Part shown: positions 48,024 through 57,479 of the stretch, piece after piece
Position numbering within the stretch: the first letter of the stretch is position 1
Layout of the letters: the number at the start of each line of letters is the position of its first letter
DNA from: Truepera sp.
GTDB lineage: Bacteria; Deinococcota; Deinococci; Deinococcales; Trueperaceae
Direction of reading: 5' to 3'
Assembly: GCA_965218435.1 (NCBI GenBank)
Contig: CBDCKW010000009.1
Location: 3,424,001 to 3,488,000, forward strand
Length of the DNA stretch: 64,000 bases
Position numbers and translations under genes: made by a program
The notes under the pieces: generated by a model
Database searches by the model: none
Told to the model about the DNA's origin: nothing
Seen by the model: the letters and a program-made list of their open reading frames with translations, nothing else

Positions 48024-48983
48024 ATGAGCGTTTTACTTTTAGGCTTTGGCGAAGACAACTTTAACGACGAACAAAAAGCGGCGATTCGTGAGGCGGCAGG
48101 GGGGCTCGAGCCGTTTTACAGCACCGACAAAGCCGAGATAGAGGGGCGGCTTGACGACATCGAAGTAGCCGCAGGAAGTTTTCCTCGAGACCTGATGGCG
48201 CGGGCGTCCAACCTGAGATGGTATCAGCAGTGGGGCGCGGGCGCGGATTGGCTCTTAAAATATCCTGAGCTGACCCAAAAAGACTTCACGCTGACCAACG
48301 TTTCGGGCATTCACGAAATCCCTATCGGTGAGCAGATTATGGCGTATCTGCTGATGTTTGCTCGCGGCTTTCCCCAAATGATGCGGGCACAGCTGGCGAC
48401 AACTTGGGCTCAGAACGAGAGTAAAACCTTTGAACTCGCTGAAAAAACGATGCTGGTTTTGGGCACAGGGGCCATCGGCACGTACACTGCGAAACTTGCT
48501 GAAGCGTTTGGTATCAAGGTTGTCGGTGTACGGCGCAACCCAGGAAAGCAAGTTGAACATATCAGTGAAATGGTCGCACTAGATGATCTGCACACGGCAC
48601 TACCTGACGCGGATTTTATCGTCCTGACGTTGCCACTGACCAACGACACGCGCCACCTCATCGGTGAGGCCGAACTGCAGGCGATGAAACCCACGGCGAT
48701 TTTAGTCAACATCGGGCGCGGTGGGCTGATTGACGAATTTGCGTTGGTGCAGGCGCTTCAAGAGGGCAGGCTAGCCGGGGCCGGGTTAGATGTGTTTGAA
48801 ACGGAGCCTTTGCCCAAAGATTCGCCGCTATGGACGATGGAAAACGTCATTATCACGCCGCATATGGCGGGGAATACACCGCACTATGACGAGCGGGCCT
48901 TGGAGATTTTTCTCGAGAATTTGCGCCGCTATACCGCGGGCGAATCGCTGACGCACGTGGTAGACAAGCAAGCCGGCTACTGA
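48024..48983 (+). CDS. D-2-hydroxyacid dehydrogenase
   Basis: GTGAIG, LPLT.DT, VNIGRG, LDVFETEPLP, TPH; start MSVLLL. Confidence 0.9.
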   Translation: MSVLLLGFGEDNFNDEQKAAIREAAGGLEPFYSTDKAEIEGRLDDIEVAAGSFPRDLMARASNLRWYQQWGAGADWLLKYPELTQKDFTLTNVSGIHEIPIGEQIMAYLLMFARGFPQMMRAQLATTWAQNESKTFELAEKTMLVLGTGAIGTYTAKLAEAFGIKVVGVRRNPGKQVEHISEMVALDDLHTALPDADFIVLTLPLTNDTRHLIGEAELQAMKPTAILVNIGRGGLIDEFALVQALQEGRLAGAGLDVFETEPLPKDSPLWTMENVIITPHMAGNTPHYDERALEIFLENLRRYTAGESLTHVVDKQAGY

Positions 48984-49077
48984 GGTTGATACGCCTTAAA
49001 TCCGCTCGAGGCAGTTGCAGCGTGCCAGGTAGAGGAAGTAAGACTTCAGAACAAGGAATCTAGAAGTTGTTCGTGTC

Positions 49078-49524
49078 TCAACCGGAAAGCTTTGCTGTGA
49101 TGACTTCTTTGAGCTGCGCCATCAGCTCCGCGTCCCGCTCAGGGTCAAACTGTGGGGCATTCTCGCGGTTGTAAAAGGCTGGTGGGCCACACCGCAATTT
49201 TTCGGGCTCACTGTCATATCTCGGGGTAATGTGCGCGTGCAGCGCGGCGTCGCTGTTGCCAAAAATCGAATAGTTGATCCTAGCTGCGCCGGTCACCTCT
49301 AGGAGCGCGTCACCGACGAGGGCCATGTCGAGCAAAAAGCGGGTGCGGTCGGGCGTATCCAGTGCGTTCAGATCAGCTACCACCGGGTCGGGGAGCAGCA
49401 GCGAATAGCCGCGTAAAAACTGCGTATCGCCCAAAACAGCCCAACCCGAAGGCATACGGCAGATGAGGGTCGGATTCTTGCCCTCTCTAGTCTGTTCAAC
49501 ACGTTCATGAATAAGTGTTGTCAT
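49078..49524 (-). CDS. HIT-like (diadenosine tetraphosphate hydrolase-like) protein
   Basis: GD.QFLRGYSLL, RINYSIFGN...LHAHI.PRY. Confidence 0.75.
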   Translation of the reverse strand: MTTLIHERVEQTREGKNPTLICRMPSGWAVLGDTQFLRGYSLLLPDPVVADLNALDTPDRTRFLLDMALVGDALLEVTGAARINYSIFGNSDAALHAHITPRYDSEPEKLRCGPPAFYNRENAPQFDPERDAELMAQLKEVITAKLSG

Positions 49525-49546
49525 CTGCTCCTCCCAGCTCTGCAAA

Positions 49547-50281
49547 CTATACCGAAATATACGTCCCTTCGTCCTCACCCTGGCAGATACGCGCCGCCGC
49601 GCCGGACTCAAGAATGTCGAACACGTGCAGCGGTAAGTTGTGTTCTTTTGCCAGAATAAACGCCGCCGGGTCCATCACCCGCAGGTCGCGCCTGATGACT
49701 TCAGCAAAGGTGAGAGCTGAAAAGAACTCGGCGTCGGGGTCGCGGTTCGGATCACGGTCGTAAACTCCTTTGACGCCACTTTTGGCGACGAGGAGCGCGT
49801 CACAGTCGGTCTCGAGCGCCCGCTGTACAGACGGGTAATCGGTGGTGACATACGGCTGACCGTTGCCGCCTGCGAAAATGACCAGATACCCTTTATCGAG
49901 ATGTTGAAGGGCTTTGAGGCGGATGTAGGGCTCGGCAACGCTCGAGATTGTCATCGCCGTCATCACCCGCACCTCCCGGTCGGTACGGTTTTGCAGTGCA
50001 TTTTTCAGTGCGCCGCGGAGCATCAGGCCGTTAATCACCGTGCCCAACATCCCGATGTTGTCGGCCTCGGTGCGTTCGACACCCCAACGTTCGGCGGTAC
50101 TGCCGCGCAAAATGTTGCCGCCCCCGATGACCACGCCGACCTCGAGCCCCAAAGCTACCAGCGACAAAACCTCAGTAACGAGGTGCTCCAACCTTTCGCC
50201 ACTAAAGCCGAACCCGCTTTCATCTGCCAACGCGCCGCCACTGAGTTTAAGCATCACCCGGTTGTACTTCACCCTGTTCAT
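49547..50281 (-). CDS. pyrH: UMP kinase (PyrH paralog)
   Basis: KLSG, VIGGGNI.RG, D.IGMLGT.IN, GG.G.PY.TTD, GVYD.DP, VMD. Confidence 0.85.
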   Translation of the reverse strand: MNRVKYNRVMLKLSGGALADESGFGFSGERLEHLVTEVLSLVALGLEVGVVIGGGNILRGSTAERWGVERTEADNIGMLGTVINGLMLRGALKNALQNRTDREVRVMTAMTISSVAEPYIRLKALQHLDKGYLVIFAGGNGQPYVTTDYPSVQRALETDCDALLVAKSGVKGVYDRDPNRDPDAEFFSALTFAEVIRRDLRVMDPAAFILAKEHNLPLHVFDILESGAAARICQGEDEGTYISV

Positions 50282-50297
50282 AAAAACTGGCCCCCAT

Positions 50298-50322
50298 AAA
50301 AAAAGACGCCGTAAAAGCGTCT
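50298..50322 (-). terminator. Terminator-like hairpin 16 nt upstream of the pyrH start
   Basis: Minus strand AGACGC-N7-GCGTCT followed by a T-run. Confidence 0.6.
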
Positions 50323-50349
50323 AGGATCACTTCAACTTGGTCAAGCTGT

Positions 50350-50715
50350 TCATATGCTCGCCCCCGAACCATAACGTGCCGCGCGTACCCGCTGCACGAC
50401 GGCTTCCGGGTCTCTTACGTCTACGACGATACGGGTATAAGGCAAATCCTCGAGTTCAAAGACGACACTTCGGCCCGTAAAGTGAACGCACCAAAACTCG
50501 CGCGTACCTTGCCAGACATAGGTGCCTGCTTGAATGAGGCCGGGAATGCTGGTGCCGGGGAGCCGAAGTCCTTTGGGGCGGGTTACGGTTGGGTCGGCGT
50601 AAATGCTGCGGATGCCCGCAATAGGAAAGGTAAGGTTGCCTTTAAGCGACCAGAGAATATCTAAACCGGTCAGCTCGAGCCTCACATAATTTGGGCTTAC
50701 CATCACCTCGACCAT
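50350..50715 (-). CDS. Hypothetical (bacterial PH-like) protein
   Basis: GLRLPGT.IPG...AGTY......EFW; TATACT -10 element 7 nt upstream. Confidence 0.65.
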   Translation of the reverse strand: MVEVMVSPNYVRLELTGLDILWSLKGNLTFPIAGIRSIYADPTVTRPKGLRLPGTSIPGLIQAGTYVWQGTREFWCVHFTGRSVVFELEDLPYTRIVVDVRDPEAVVQRVRAARYGSGASI

Positions 50716-50755
50716 GCCTAAGAGTATAGCTGCTAAACAAGTAGGGCCAGAGAGA

Positions 50756-50785
50756 TTGACAAATATAAATATATTGATGTAGAGT
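50756..50785 (+). promoter_or_regulatory. Sigma70-type promoter with AT-rich ArsR-operator-like spacer; leaderless arsR
   Basis: TTGACA-18-TAGAGT, 6 nt before ATG; spacer AATATAAATATATTGATG. Confidence 0.7.
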
Positions 50786-50791
50786 CGCTAC

Positions 50792-51106
50792 ATGGATGAG
50801 TTCTCGAGCCAACTTAAAGCTTTAGCCGACCCGGTGCGACTAGCGATTCTCGAGTTTTTGCTCGATCCTATCCCAACGTGTTGTGTTCAGGAAGAGGGCG
50901 TGTGTGCCTGCGACTTTGAAAATGTTCTCAGTCTTTCGCAGCCCACCGTCAGCCATCACATGAAAATCCTCGTGCAAGCCGGGTTTGTTCGCCCTAAAAA
51001 ACGTGGGCGCTGGGTCTACTATCACCTCAATCCGGTTGCCTTTGAAAAGGTCCGTGAAAAGCTGACCCCGTTCGCCCACGCGCCGCAGGAGGCTGCCCGT
51101 GTTTGA
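50792..51106 (+). CDS. arsR: ArsR/SmtB metalloregulator
   Basis: KALADPVRL.I, CC and CAC cysteines, LSQPTVSHHMK.L, KRGRWVYY. Confidence 0.88.
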   Translation: MDEFSSQLKALADPVRLAILEFLLDPIPTCCVQEEGVCACDFENVLSLSQPTVSHHMKILVQAGFVRPKKRGRWVYYHLNPVAFEKVREKLTPFAHAPQEAARV

Positions 51107-52229
51107 CGACCTGAAGCCGCTCGAGACCGTTCGACAAAAGGTAAGAGAGTATTACGGGGAGCGCCTTACCCATAACCGAGGCTGTTGTAGCGCCGAAGCC
51201 GACACAGAAAGTATTGGGTTGCTTGACATTCCCACTTATGGTTGTGGTACCCCGACCGACTTTGCCGCCCTAAAGCTGGGAGAAACGGTGCTCGATCTGG
51301 GCAGTGGCGCGGGCCTCGACGCGTTCCGGGCGGCAGAACGGGTAGGCGCTAGCGGTCACGTCATCGGGGTAGACATGACTCCGGCGATGCTGGAGCGCGC
51401 TCAAGCTGGGGCTGCGCAACTCGGCGTTACGAACGTCGAATTTTGTCACGGCTATATCGAAGCGTTACCGGTTGCTGCGGCGAGCGTTGACGCCATCTTG
51501 TCAAACTGCGTCATCAACCTCTCCGGCAACAAAAGCGCCGTGCTGCGCGAAGCCTACCGGGTACTCAAACCGGGCGGGCGGCTGGCGGTGAGCGACATCG
51601 TGCGTGTGGGCGAAGCTCCGGCCCAAACTTCGGACGAGGGCTGGTGCGCGTGCAGCGACGGCGCAGAAACGGTCTCCGACTACCGGGCACGGCTGCAAGC
51701 TGCTGGGTTTGCCGCTATCTCTTTTATGGGCAACCCTCCAACCGAAGGCACCTATAGCGCACAGCTTCAGGCCGTCAAACCTGCCATTCGTGACGCACTT
51801 CCGACTGACCGGCAGACCATCGAAACTGTGCTCCAGGAGGCTGACTTACCGACGGAAGGCGTAGAGGACACCGAACTGCTGGTTTTAGAAGAGGACGGTG
51901 CGATCGTCGGCGTCGTCGGCTTTGAACCTTATGGGGATGCGGCGCTGCTACGTTCGCTGGCGCTTAAACCGGCGTGGCGTGGTTTGGGTTTGTCACGGGC
52001 GCTGCTGGTCGCGGTATTTGACCGACTACGGGTCAAAGGCGTCACAACTGCTTATGGACTTACAACGACCATCCCGGACTTGCTCCTCGAGCTTGGTTTT
52101 GCCGAGATTGGCCGGGGCGAATTACCGGGAGCGTTGACGGATTCAGCGCAGCTGCAAGGGCCGCAAGCCTGTCCTGATACGGCTCGAGTTTTTCAACTAT
52201 CTCTTTTACCGGTGCTAGAAGGGAGGTGA
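51099..52229 (+). CDS. arsM: Fusion of arsenite S-adenosylmethyltransferase (ArsM) and ArsN2-like GNAT acetyltransferase
   Basis: CC, YGCGTP, LDLGSGAG.D, GVDMT, SNCVINLS, WCAC; then DLP.EG, LLRSLA, YGLTTT, CPDTA. Confidence 0.8.
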   Translation: MFDDLKPLETVRQKVREYYGERLTHNRGCCSAEADTESIGLLDIPTYGCGTPTDFAALKLGETVLDLGSGAGLDAFRAAERVGASGHVIGVDMTPAMLERAQAGAAQLGVTNVEFCHGYIEALPVAAASVDAILSNCVINLSGNKSAVLREAYRVLKPGGRLAVSDIVRVGEAPAQTSDEGWCACSDGAETVSDYRARLQAAGFAAISFMGNPPTEGTYSAQLQAVKPAIRDALPTDRQTIETVLQEADLPTEGVEDTELLVLEEDGAIVGVVGFEPYGDAALLRSLALKPAWRGLGLSRALLVAVFDRLRVKGVTTAYGLTTTIPDLLLELGFAEIGRGELPGALTDSAQLQGPQACPDTARVFQLSLLPVLEGR

Positions 52230-52233
52230 AACC

Positions 52234-52323
52234 ATGCAAGAAATTACTGTGCTAAACGGGTGCGACTGTGACGTTTGCGATTGCGACGAAGGCTGCAGCT
52301 GCGACGCGTGCGCCTGCTGCTAA
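52234..52323 (+). CDS. 29-aa Cys-rich metallothionein-like peptide
   Basis: MQEITVLNGCDCDVCDCDEGCSCDACACC (9 Cys); SD GGGAGGTG; last gene before the terminator. Confidence 0.75.
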   Translation: MQEITVLNGCDCDVCDCDEGCSCDACACC

Positions 52324-52340
52324 GGTATCTCAGCTAGTCT

Positions 52341-52386
52341 AAAAAGTCACGCGCTTACCTCAGAGCAGGTAAGCGCGTGGCCTTTT
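52341..52386. terminator. Bidirectional intrinsic terminator
   Basis: A-run, CACGCGCTTACCT-N6-AGGTAAGCGCGTG, T-run. Confidence 0.85.
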
Positions 52387-52400
52387 CTGCTCTAACGAAC

Positions 52401-53753
52401 CTAGACAAACGCGCTGTACCCCGTAATCGCCCTTCCTACTACCAGTGAATTGATCTCGTTCGTGCCTTCGTACGAATAGATCGCTTCGGTGTCAGAAAAG
52501 TAACGGGCGACGTGGTACTCCAACAAAATCCCTTTGCCGCCGTGCAGCTCACGGGCCAAGGCGACCGTTTCACGGCAGCGTTTGGCGGTAAAAACTTTGG
52601 CCAAAGACGCTTGCTCGTCGCGCATCGTGCCTGCGTCTTGGAGTTGCGAGAGCCGTAAACACAGCGTCTGCATCGCGGTGACGTTGCCGAGCATCTGTAC
52701 GAGTAAGTTTTGCACGAGCTGAAAACCGGCAATCGGTCGGCCGAACTGCTGGCGTTTTTGCGCGTAAGCCAACGACTTTTCATACGCGCCCATCGCGCAA
52801 CCGACCCCTTGCCACGCAACCCCGGCCCGGGTCGCGCGGAGCACGTCGGCGGTGGTGCGAAACGAGTTGGCATTTTGCAACCGGTCGCTTTCGGCTACGC
52901 GGCAGTCGGTCAGGGTGATGTGCCCGTTTTCCACGGCGCGTAAAGCGATTTTGCCCTGAATTTTTTCGACGCTAAACCCGGGCGTCTCTTTACGGACGAT
53001 AAAGCCTTTGACCTGGCCGTCAGCTTCGTCTTTGGCCCAGATAATCGTAAAGTCGCTAAAGGTCGAGTTGCCGATCCAGTATTTTTGGCCGTTTAAGACC
53101 CAGCTGTCCCCGTCACGGCGGCAGGTCGTCGTCATCCCTTGTGACACGGCTGAACCCACATCGGGCTCGGTCAAACCGAACGCCCCGATGACCTCGAAGT
53201 TACGCATTTTCGGCAGCCACTCACGTTTTTGCGCTTCGGAGCCGCCTAGATAAATTGACCACATTGCCAGACCTGAATGGACGCCGAAAAACGTTGTGGT
53301 CGAGACGTCAATCCGGGCCATCTCCATCCCGATAATGCCCTCTAAGACGCTCGCGTCGGGTCGCCGTTCGCCGTTATCGTCAAACAGGGCGCTGATAATG
53401 TCTAAATCTCTGAGCTTGCCGATCAGCTGACGCGGAAACTCGTCGCGTTGCCAGTATTCGTTGGCAATCGGCTCGACCTCTGTTTCCATAAAGTGCCGGA
53501 CTTTCAGCTGCACCTCGCGTTGCTCGGGGGTCAAGAGCGCAGCAATATCAAAAAAGTCGCCGTCAACTTCGGGCAGAACTTTGGGCTTTTTGGGCGCAGC
53601 GAGTTTTATCATCCCCTGCAAAGTGCGTTCGTCCATTGAAGACACCATGCTTAAAAGCTGATTTAGATCAACCTTTTCGGACAATTTGGCAACTTTAGCC
53701 ATGTCCACTTTGCTGGCTAACGCCATGATTTTGGTCATATCTTTGATTGCCAT
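52401..53753 (-). CDS. Acyl-CoA dehydrogenase (glutaryl-CoA DH/ACX4-like)
   Basis: [39 protein letters not shown]. Confidence 0.9.
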   Translation of the reverse strand: MAIKDMTKIMALASKVDMAKVAKLSEKVDLNQLLSMVSSMDERTLQGMIKLAAPKKPKVLPEVDGDFFDIAALLTPEQREVQLKVRHFMETEVEPIANEYWQRDEFPRQLIGKLRDLDIISALFDDNGERRPDASVLEGIIGMEMARIDVSTTTFFGVHSGLAMWSIYLGGSEAQKREWLPKMRNFEVIGAFGLTEPDVGSAVSQGMTTTCRRDGDSWVLNGQKYWIGNSTFSDFTIIWAKDEADGQVKGFIVRKETPGFSVEKIQGKIALRAVENGHITLTDCRVAESDRLQNANSFRTTADVLRATRAGVAWQGVGCAMGAYEKSLAYAQKRQQFGRPIAGFQLVQNLLVQMLGNVTAMQTLCLRLSQLQDAGTMRDEQASLAKVFTAKRCRETVALARELHGGKGILLEYHVARYFSDTEAIYSYEGTNEINSLVVGRAITGYSAFV

Positions 53754-53755
53754 CT

Positions 53756-55657
53756 TTACCTCTCTTGTATCTCTAGAATACGCTCGGCGCTGCTACCGCT
53801 GCCGGATTCCGTACCATGCTTGACGTTTCGCTGAGTATCGTGCTCAAAAAGGCTCGAGATTTGCGCCTCAAAATGCTCGAGCACCTTGTTACGTTTAACC
53901 TTAAGCGTCGGGGTTAAAAGGTTGTTTTCGGGAGTCAAAGTGCCGGTTAAAAGGACTGCACGTTTGGCTTGTGACCATTCGGGTAAGGCGCGGTTGGCCT
54001 CTTGCACAGCGTATATCAGCTCGTCTTTGACCGTTTGAGGATCTTTTTCCGGTACTAAAAAGAGGAGCGCCGCGCAGTATTTTTCGCCTTCACCGACGAT
54101 AAGGGCGTGTTCGATCGAGGGGTGGGCCTCGAGCGCCTCCTCTAAGGGTTGCGGCATCACAAATTTGCCGGTTGAAAGCTTAAAAACATTTTTCGAGCGC
54201 CCGGTAATCTTGAGAAAGCCGTCTTCGGAGATTTCACCTAAGTCGCCGGTACGAAACCAGCCGTCGGGGTTGACTGCTTCGGCGGTCGCTTCAGGGTTTC
54301 CTAGATAACCACGCATCACCTGTGGGCCGCGCACGAGCAGTTCACCGCTTTTAGAGAACCTGGCTTCTGTCCCCGGCAACAGCTCACCGACCGTTCCGGG
54401 ATGGTTACGCTCCGGCCGGTTATAGGCGATAATCGGACTCGTTTCGGTCAGGCCGTACCCCTGTAAGACCGACACGCCCGCCGCTCCAAAGACCCGGACG
54501 AGTTCGGGGCGGAGCGCAGCCCCACCGACAATCACGAGCCCCAACCGTCCGCCCAGCGCCTCACGCCACCGGTCAAACACGAGTTTGGCGGCGGCGCGGT
54601 GCTGCGTGCTGTAAAGCGTGTTGCCAAGAAGCGTGCCCGTGTCACCGCCGGGTTCAAAACGCCGCGCGAGGGCGAGCGCCCAATCAAAAATCGGTTTTTG
54701 TACCCCGCTCAGCTCAGCCCCGGCTTTTAAGATGCCCTCAAACACCCGCTCTAAAACCCTCGGGACGGTCGCAAAGGTCGTCGGTTTAACCTCTCGCAAG
54801 TGGTCACGCACGCTATCCGGGGTCGTAAAATAAACTGCCGTGCCCCACGCCATATAGCCGTAGTGGAGCGTCCGGGCAAAGATGTGCGTCAGCGGCAAAA
54901 ACGACAGGGCCACCTCTTGCCCGCGTTTAAGCTGCGGAATCCCGGTAAAGGCGGCCATCACGTTTGACGAGATGTTTTCGTGCGTGAGCATCACGCCCTT
55001 AGGCGTGCCCGTGGTCCCGGAGGTGTAGATCACGGTGGCGAGGTCGTCTGCTTGAACGCTCCGGCGGAGGGCGCTCGCGGCGTCCGGCGACGTTTGCAAA
55101 AGTGACTCGCCCCGGCTCAGCAAGGTTGCAAAGGTGACGAACTCGAGTCCTTCAGGAGGCTGCGCCTTTTCAGAGTCATGGACGACGACGGTACGAACAG
55201 CAGTGTCTTCTAACAGCGGCGCAACAATCTCTAGTAGCTCAGCGTCCGAAACAACCACGGCCTCAGCTGCGGCGTCTTGCAAGATAAAGCGGATGGTATC
55301 GGCGTTTTGCGTCAGGTAGATCGGCACGCTGACCAGCCCCGCCATCAAGCAGGCCATATCCGGCAGGCAAAACGAGAGGTCGCTGTGGGTAAAAAAAGCG
55401 ACGTGCGTCCCTGCCGCTAGCCCCAAGTCGCGCAGGGCGAGGGCTAAGGCTTCGGCTTGGGCGCGGAAGTCTGTGCTCGAGACGCTCCGCCAACCTGTTT
55501 CGGTCGCCTCGTTAAACGCCTTCTCGTTGGGGTTATTGAGGCACGCTTCGTCTAACAGCGACGGGAGCGTCCGACCCAAAACGACCCGGCCGCTGGGGGC
55601 TGTATAGACGGGCTGAACAGACGGAGGCGTCGCCGCGTTGAGAGGGGCTACAGTCAT
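53756..55657 (-). CDS. Long-chain fatty acid-CoA ligase
   Basis: [39 protein letters not shown]. Confidence 0.92.
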   Translation of the reverse strand: MTVAPLNAATPPSVQPVYTAPSGRVVLGRTLPSLLDEACLNNPNEKAFNEATETGWRSVSSTDFRAQAEALALALRDLGLAAGTHVAFFTHSDLSFCLPDMACLMAGLVSVPIYLTQNADTIRFILQDAAAEAVVVSDAELLEIVAPLLEDTAVRTVVVHDSEKAQPPEGLEFVTFATLLSRGESLLQTSPDAASALRRSVQADDLATVIYTSGTTGTPKGVMLTHENISSNVMAAFTGIPQLKRGQEVALSFLPLTHIFARTLHYGYMAWGTAVYFTTPDSVRDHLREVKPTTFATVPRVLERVFEGILKAGAELSGVQKPIFDWALALARRFEPGGDTGTLLGNTLYSTQHRAAAKLVFDRWREALGGRLGLVIVGGAALRPELVRVFGAAGVSVLQGYGLTETSPIIAYNRPERNHPGTVGELLPGTEARFSKSGELLVRGPQVMRGYLGNPEATAEAVNPDGWFRTGDLGEISEDGFLKITGRSKNVFKLSTGKFVMPQPLEEALEAHPSIEHALIVGEGEKYCAALLFLVPEKDPQTVKDELIYAVQEANRALPEWSQAKRAVLLTGTLTPENNLLTPTLKVKRNKVLEHFEAQISSLFEHDTQRNVKHGTESGSGSSAERILEIQER

Positions 55658-55764
55658 GCTTGTCTCCTTTGGTTATCTCCTCGGACCAGGCGTGAGCACA
55701 AGTGTAGCGCAATTTCCCCCGGACAACTGTAGATCATCAGAGCTAAATACTCCTGAGCCGGGCG

Positions 55765-57030
55765 CTAGCGGCTCCAAAAGGGCATCTCGCCAGCGGCTAA
55801 AACGTTGGGTTTACCGGAGAGCGGGACAACGACGACTTTGGGACCGTCAGGGCTTTGCAGCGGCAGCACGAGGGCCGTGGAGTCCGGCGACCAGACCCGG
55901 TGACTGAGCGCGTACTGATCGAAAAAGGGTAAAAACTGGTCTACAAATAACGGTGTAGGGGTAAAGGGCAAGAGCAACCGGTCGTTGCCGGTTTTGACGT
56001 TGACGACCCTGAGCTCGAGCAGCGGAACTGCTTGGATGTTAGTAGCGTCCGGCGCTGCATCCGACTGAGCTGTATCCAACTGTGTGCTGGCAGTTCTCAA
56101 GCTCGGCGCACGTAATGATTGCGTCACCTGCCCGTCGTTTTGACGGCGCGGCGCGATATAGGCGAGATGTTTGCCATCCGGCGACCAAAAAAAGGCGATG
56201 GCGGTGGTGTTGACCAGCGGCGTCAGGTCGCCCGTTTGCGCGTCGAGCAGACGAACCGGGCCGTAGGGTAGCCTGACCGCAGCGGGCGGGTTCATGATGG
56301 CGAGCTGGTCGGCGGCGGGGCTCCACGAGAGGGCGGCGAGCCCTTCATAGGGGACTTCGCGGCGCAGCTTAGCATTTTTTTCGGTGTTGCCGCGCAGGAC
56401 GATGCGGGTAGTGCCGCTGTTCAGCTCGGCGTAAGCGAGGTAGCGCCCGCTGGGTGACAGCCCCGGCGCGTTAAAGAGTCCTGGCGTGCCGAGCGGTTGA
56501 CCGCTTCGTCCATTCAGCGTGTAAAAGGCGATTTCACTCCCCTCTAAAACGCCCGTGTGAACGAGCAGCTTCTGCGAGTCGCGGCTCCACTGCCAGTAGA
56601 GCGGGTTGCCCGACGTGACTTTTTGGGTATCTGCCGCACCGGAACCGGCGACCTGAAGCTCGAGCCCCCCCTCACCACTCGCCAAAAACCCGACTTTTTT
56701 ACCGTCCGGTGACCAGTAAAGGTAGATAGGCCCTGCCGGACCCTCATAAAGCGTTTGAGGTTTGGCTCCGGCGCGGTCTTTCACGGTAAAGACGCCGCCC
56801 CCCGTAGGCCCCGAGCCGATCACGGCCAGCTCATCACCTGTAGGTGACCACGCCGGAAACTGATAGCGGCGTGTCGGCGGCGTCAGCACGCGTTCACTTT
56901 TACCGTCCGGCGCGGCGGTAACGAGCTGACCCTGAGGGTTGATAAACGCGATACGCTGTGCCCCGGCAAAGCTGGCTACGGCGGCGCTGAGTATGACTAG
57001 ACCTAACGCTCGAGAAAATATGTTGTTCAT
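55765..57030 (-). CDS. Secreted TolB-like (PD40) beta-propeller protein
   Basis: Signal peptide; repeated WSP[DT]G motifs. Confidence 0.78.
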   Translation of the reverse strand: MNNIFSRALGLVILSAAVASFAGAQRIAFINPQGQLVTAAPDGKSERVLTPPTRRYQFPAWSPTGDELAVIGSGPTGGGVFTVKDRAGAKPQTLYEGPAGPIYLYWSPDGKKVGFLASGEGGLELQVAGSGAADTQKVTSGNPLYWQWSRDSQKLLVHTGVLEGSEIAFYTLNGRSGQPLGTPGLFNAPGLSPSGRYLAYAELNSGTTRIVLRGNTEKNAKLRREVPYEGLAALSWSPAADQLAIMNPPAAVRLPYGPVRLLDAQTGDLTPLVNTTAIAFFWSPDGKHLAYIAPRRQNDGQVTQSLRAPSLRTASTQLDTAQSDAAPDATNIQAVPLLELRVVNVKTGNDRLLLPFTPTPLFVDQFLPFFDQYALSHRVWSPDSTALVLPLQSPDGPKVVVVPLSGKPNVLAAGEMPFWSR

Positions 57031-57061
57031 ATACTAGAGTAGCAGCGCCTGGGCAAAGAAA

Positions 57062-57460
57062 CTAGGGGCTGGGGCTTAGGTCTCTGGGGCACAAGAGCAG
57101 TAGTTCGTCACTTACATAGAGAAGCGTTATTTGCCGGTTACTTTGTCTAAAGCGAAACACGGTCTTAATAACCTCCACGGGTTCATTTCCTAGCCGTAAC
57201 GTTACGATGTGCCACAGCTCTGAAATGCTACTCGAGTCAAGCAAATAAGGTCCAACGGCTTCCTTAAAGTCGAAAAAGTCTCTGTACCCATGCCGATAGC
57301 AAAATGCTTTTGGAAATTTTGCGCCGAGTTGCTTGGGACAAGGAGCCTGGACGACGCGCAGGCCGTAAGCAAAGTTAGTTTGAAAGGCCCGAAAGCTGTT
57401 TTCCTGTGCCCGAACAGCTACACAAAGAAGCAGGGCTAAAGTCAACCCAAGTTTTCTCAC
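57062..57460 (-). CDS. Exported hypothetical protein
   Basis: Signal peptide ending VRA-Q; TACAAT -10 element 7 nt upstream. Confidence 0.55.
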   Translation of the reverse strand: MRKLGLTLALLLCVAVRAQENSFRAFQTNFAYGLRVVQAPCPKQLGAKFPKAFCYRHGYRDFFDFKEAVGPYLLDSSSISELWHIVTLRLGNEPVEVIKTVFRFRQSNRQITLLYVSDELLLLCPRDLSPSP

Positions 57461-57479
57461 AACGCGGATTGTAGCCTTT

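Noticed and set aside
50792..52323. Arsinothricin biosynthetic cluster
   Set aside because: No ArsL radical-SAM gene, and the GNAT resembles ArsN2 rather than ArsN1.
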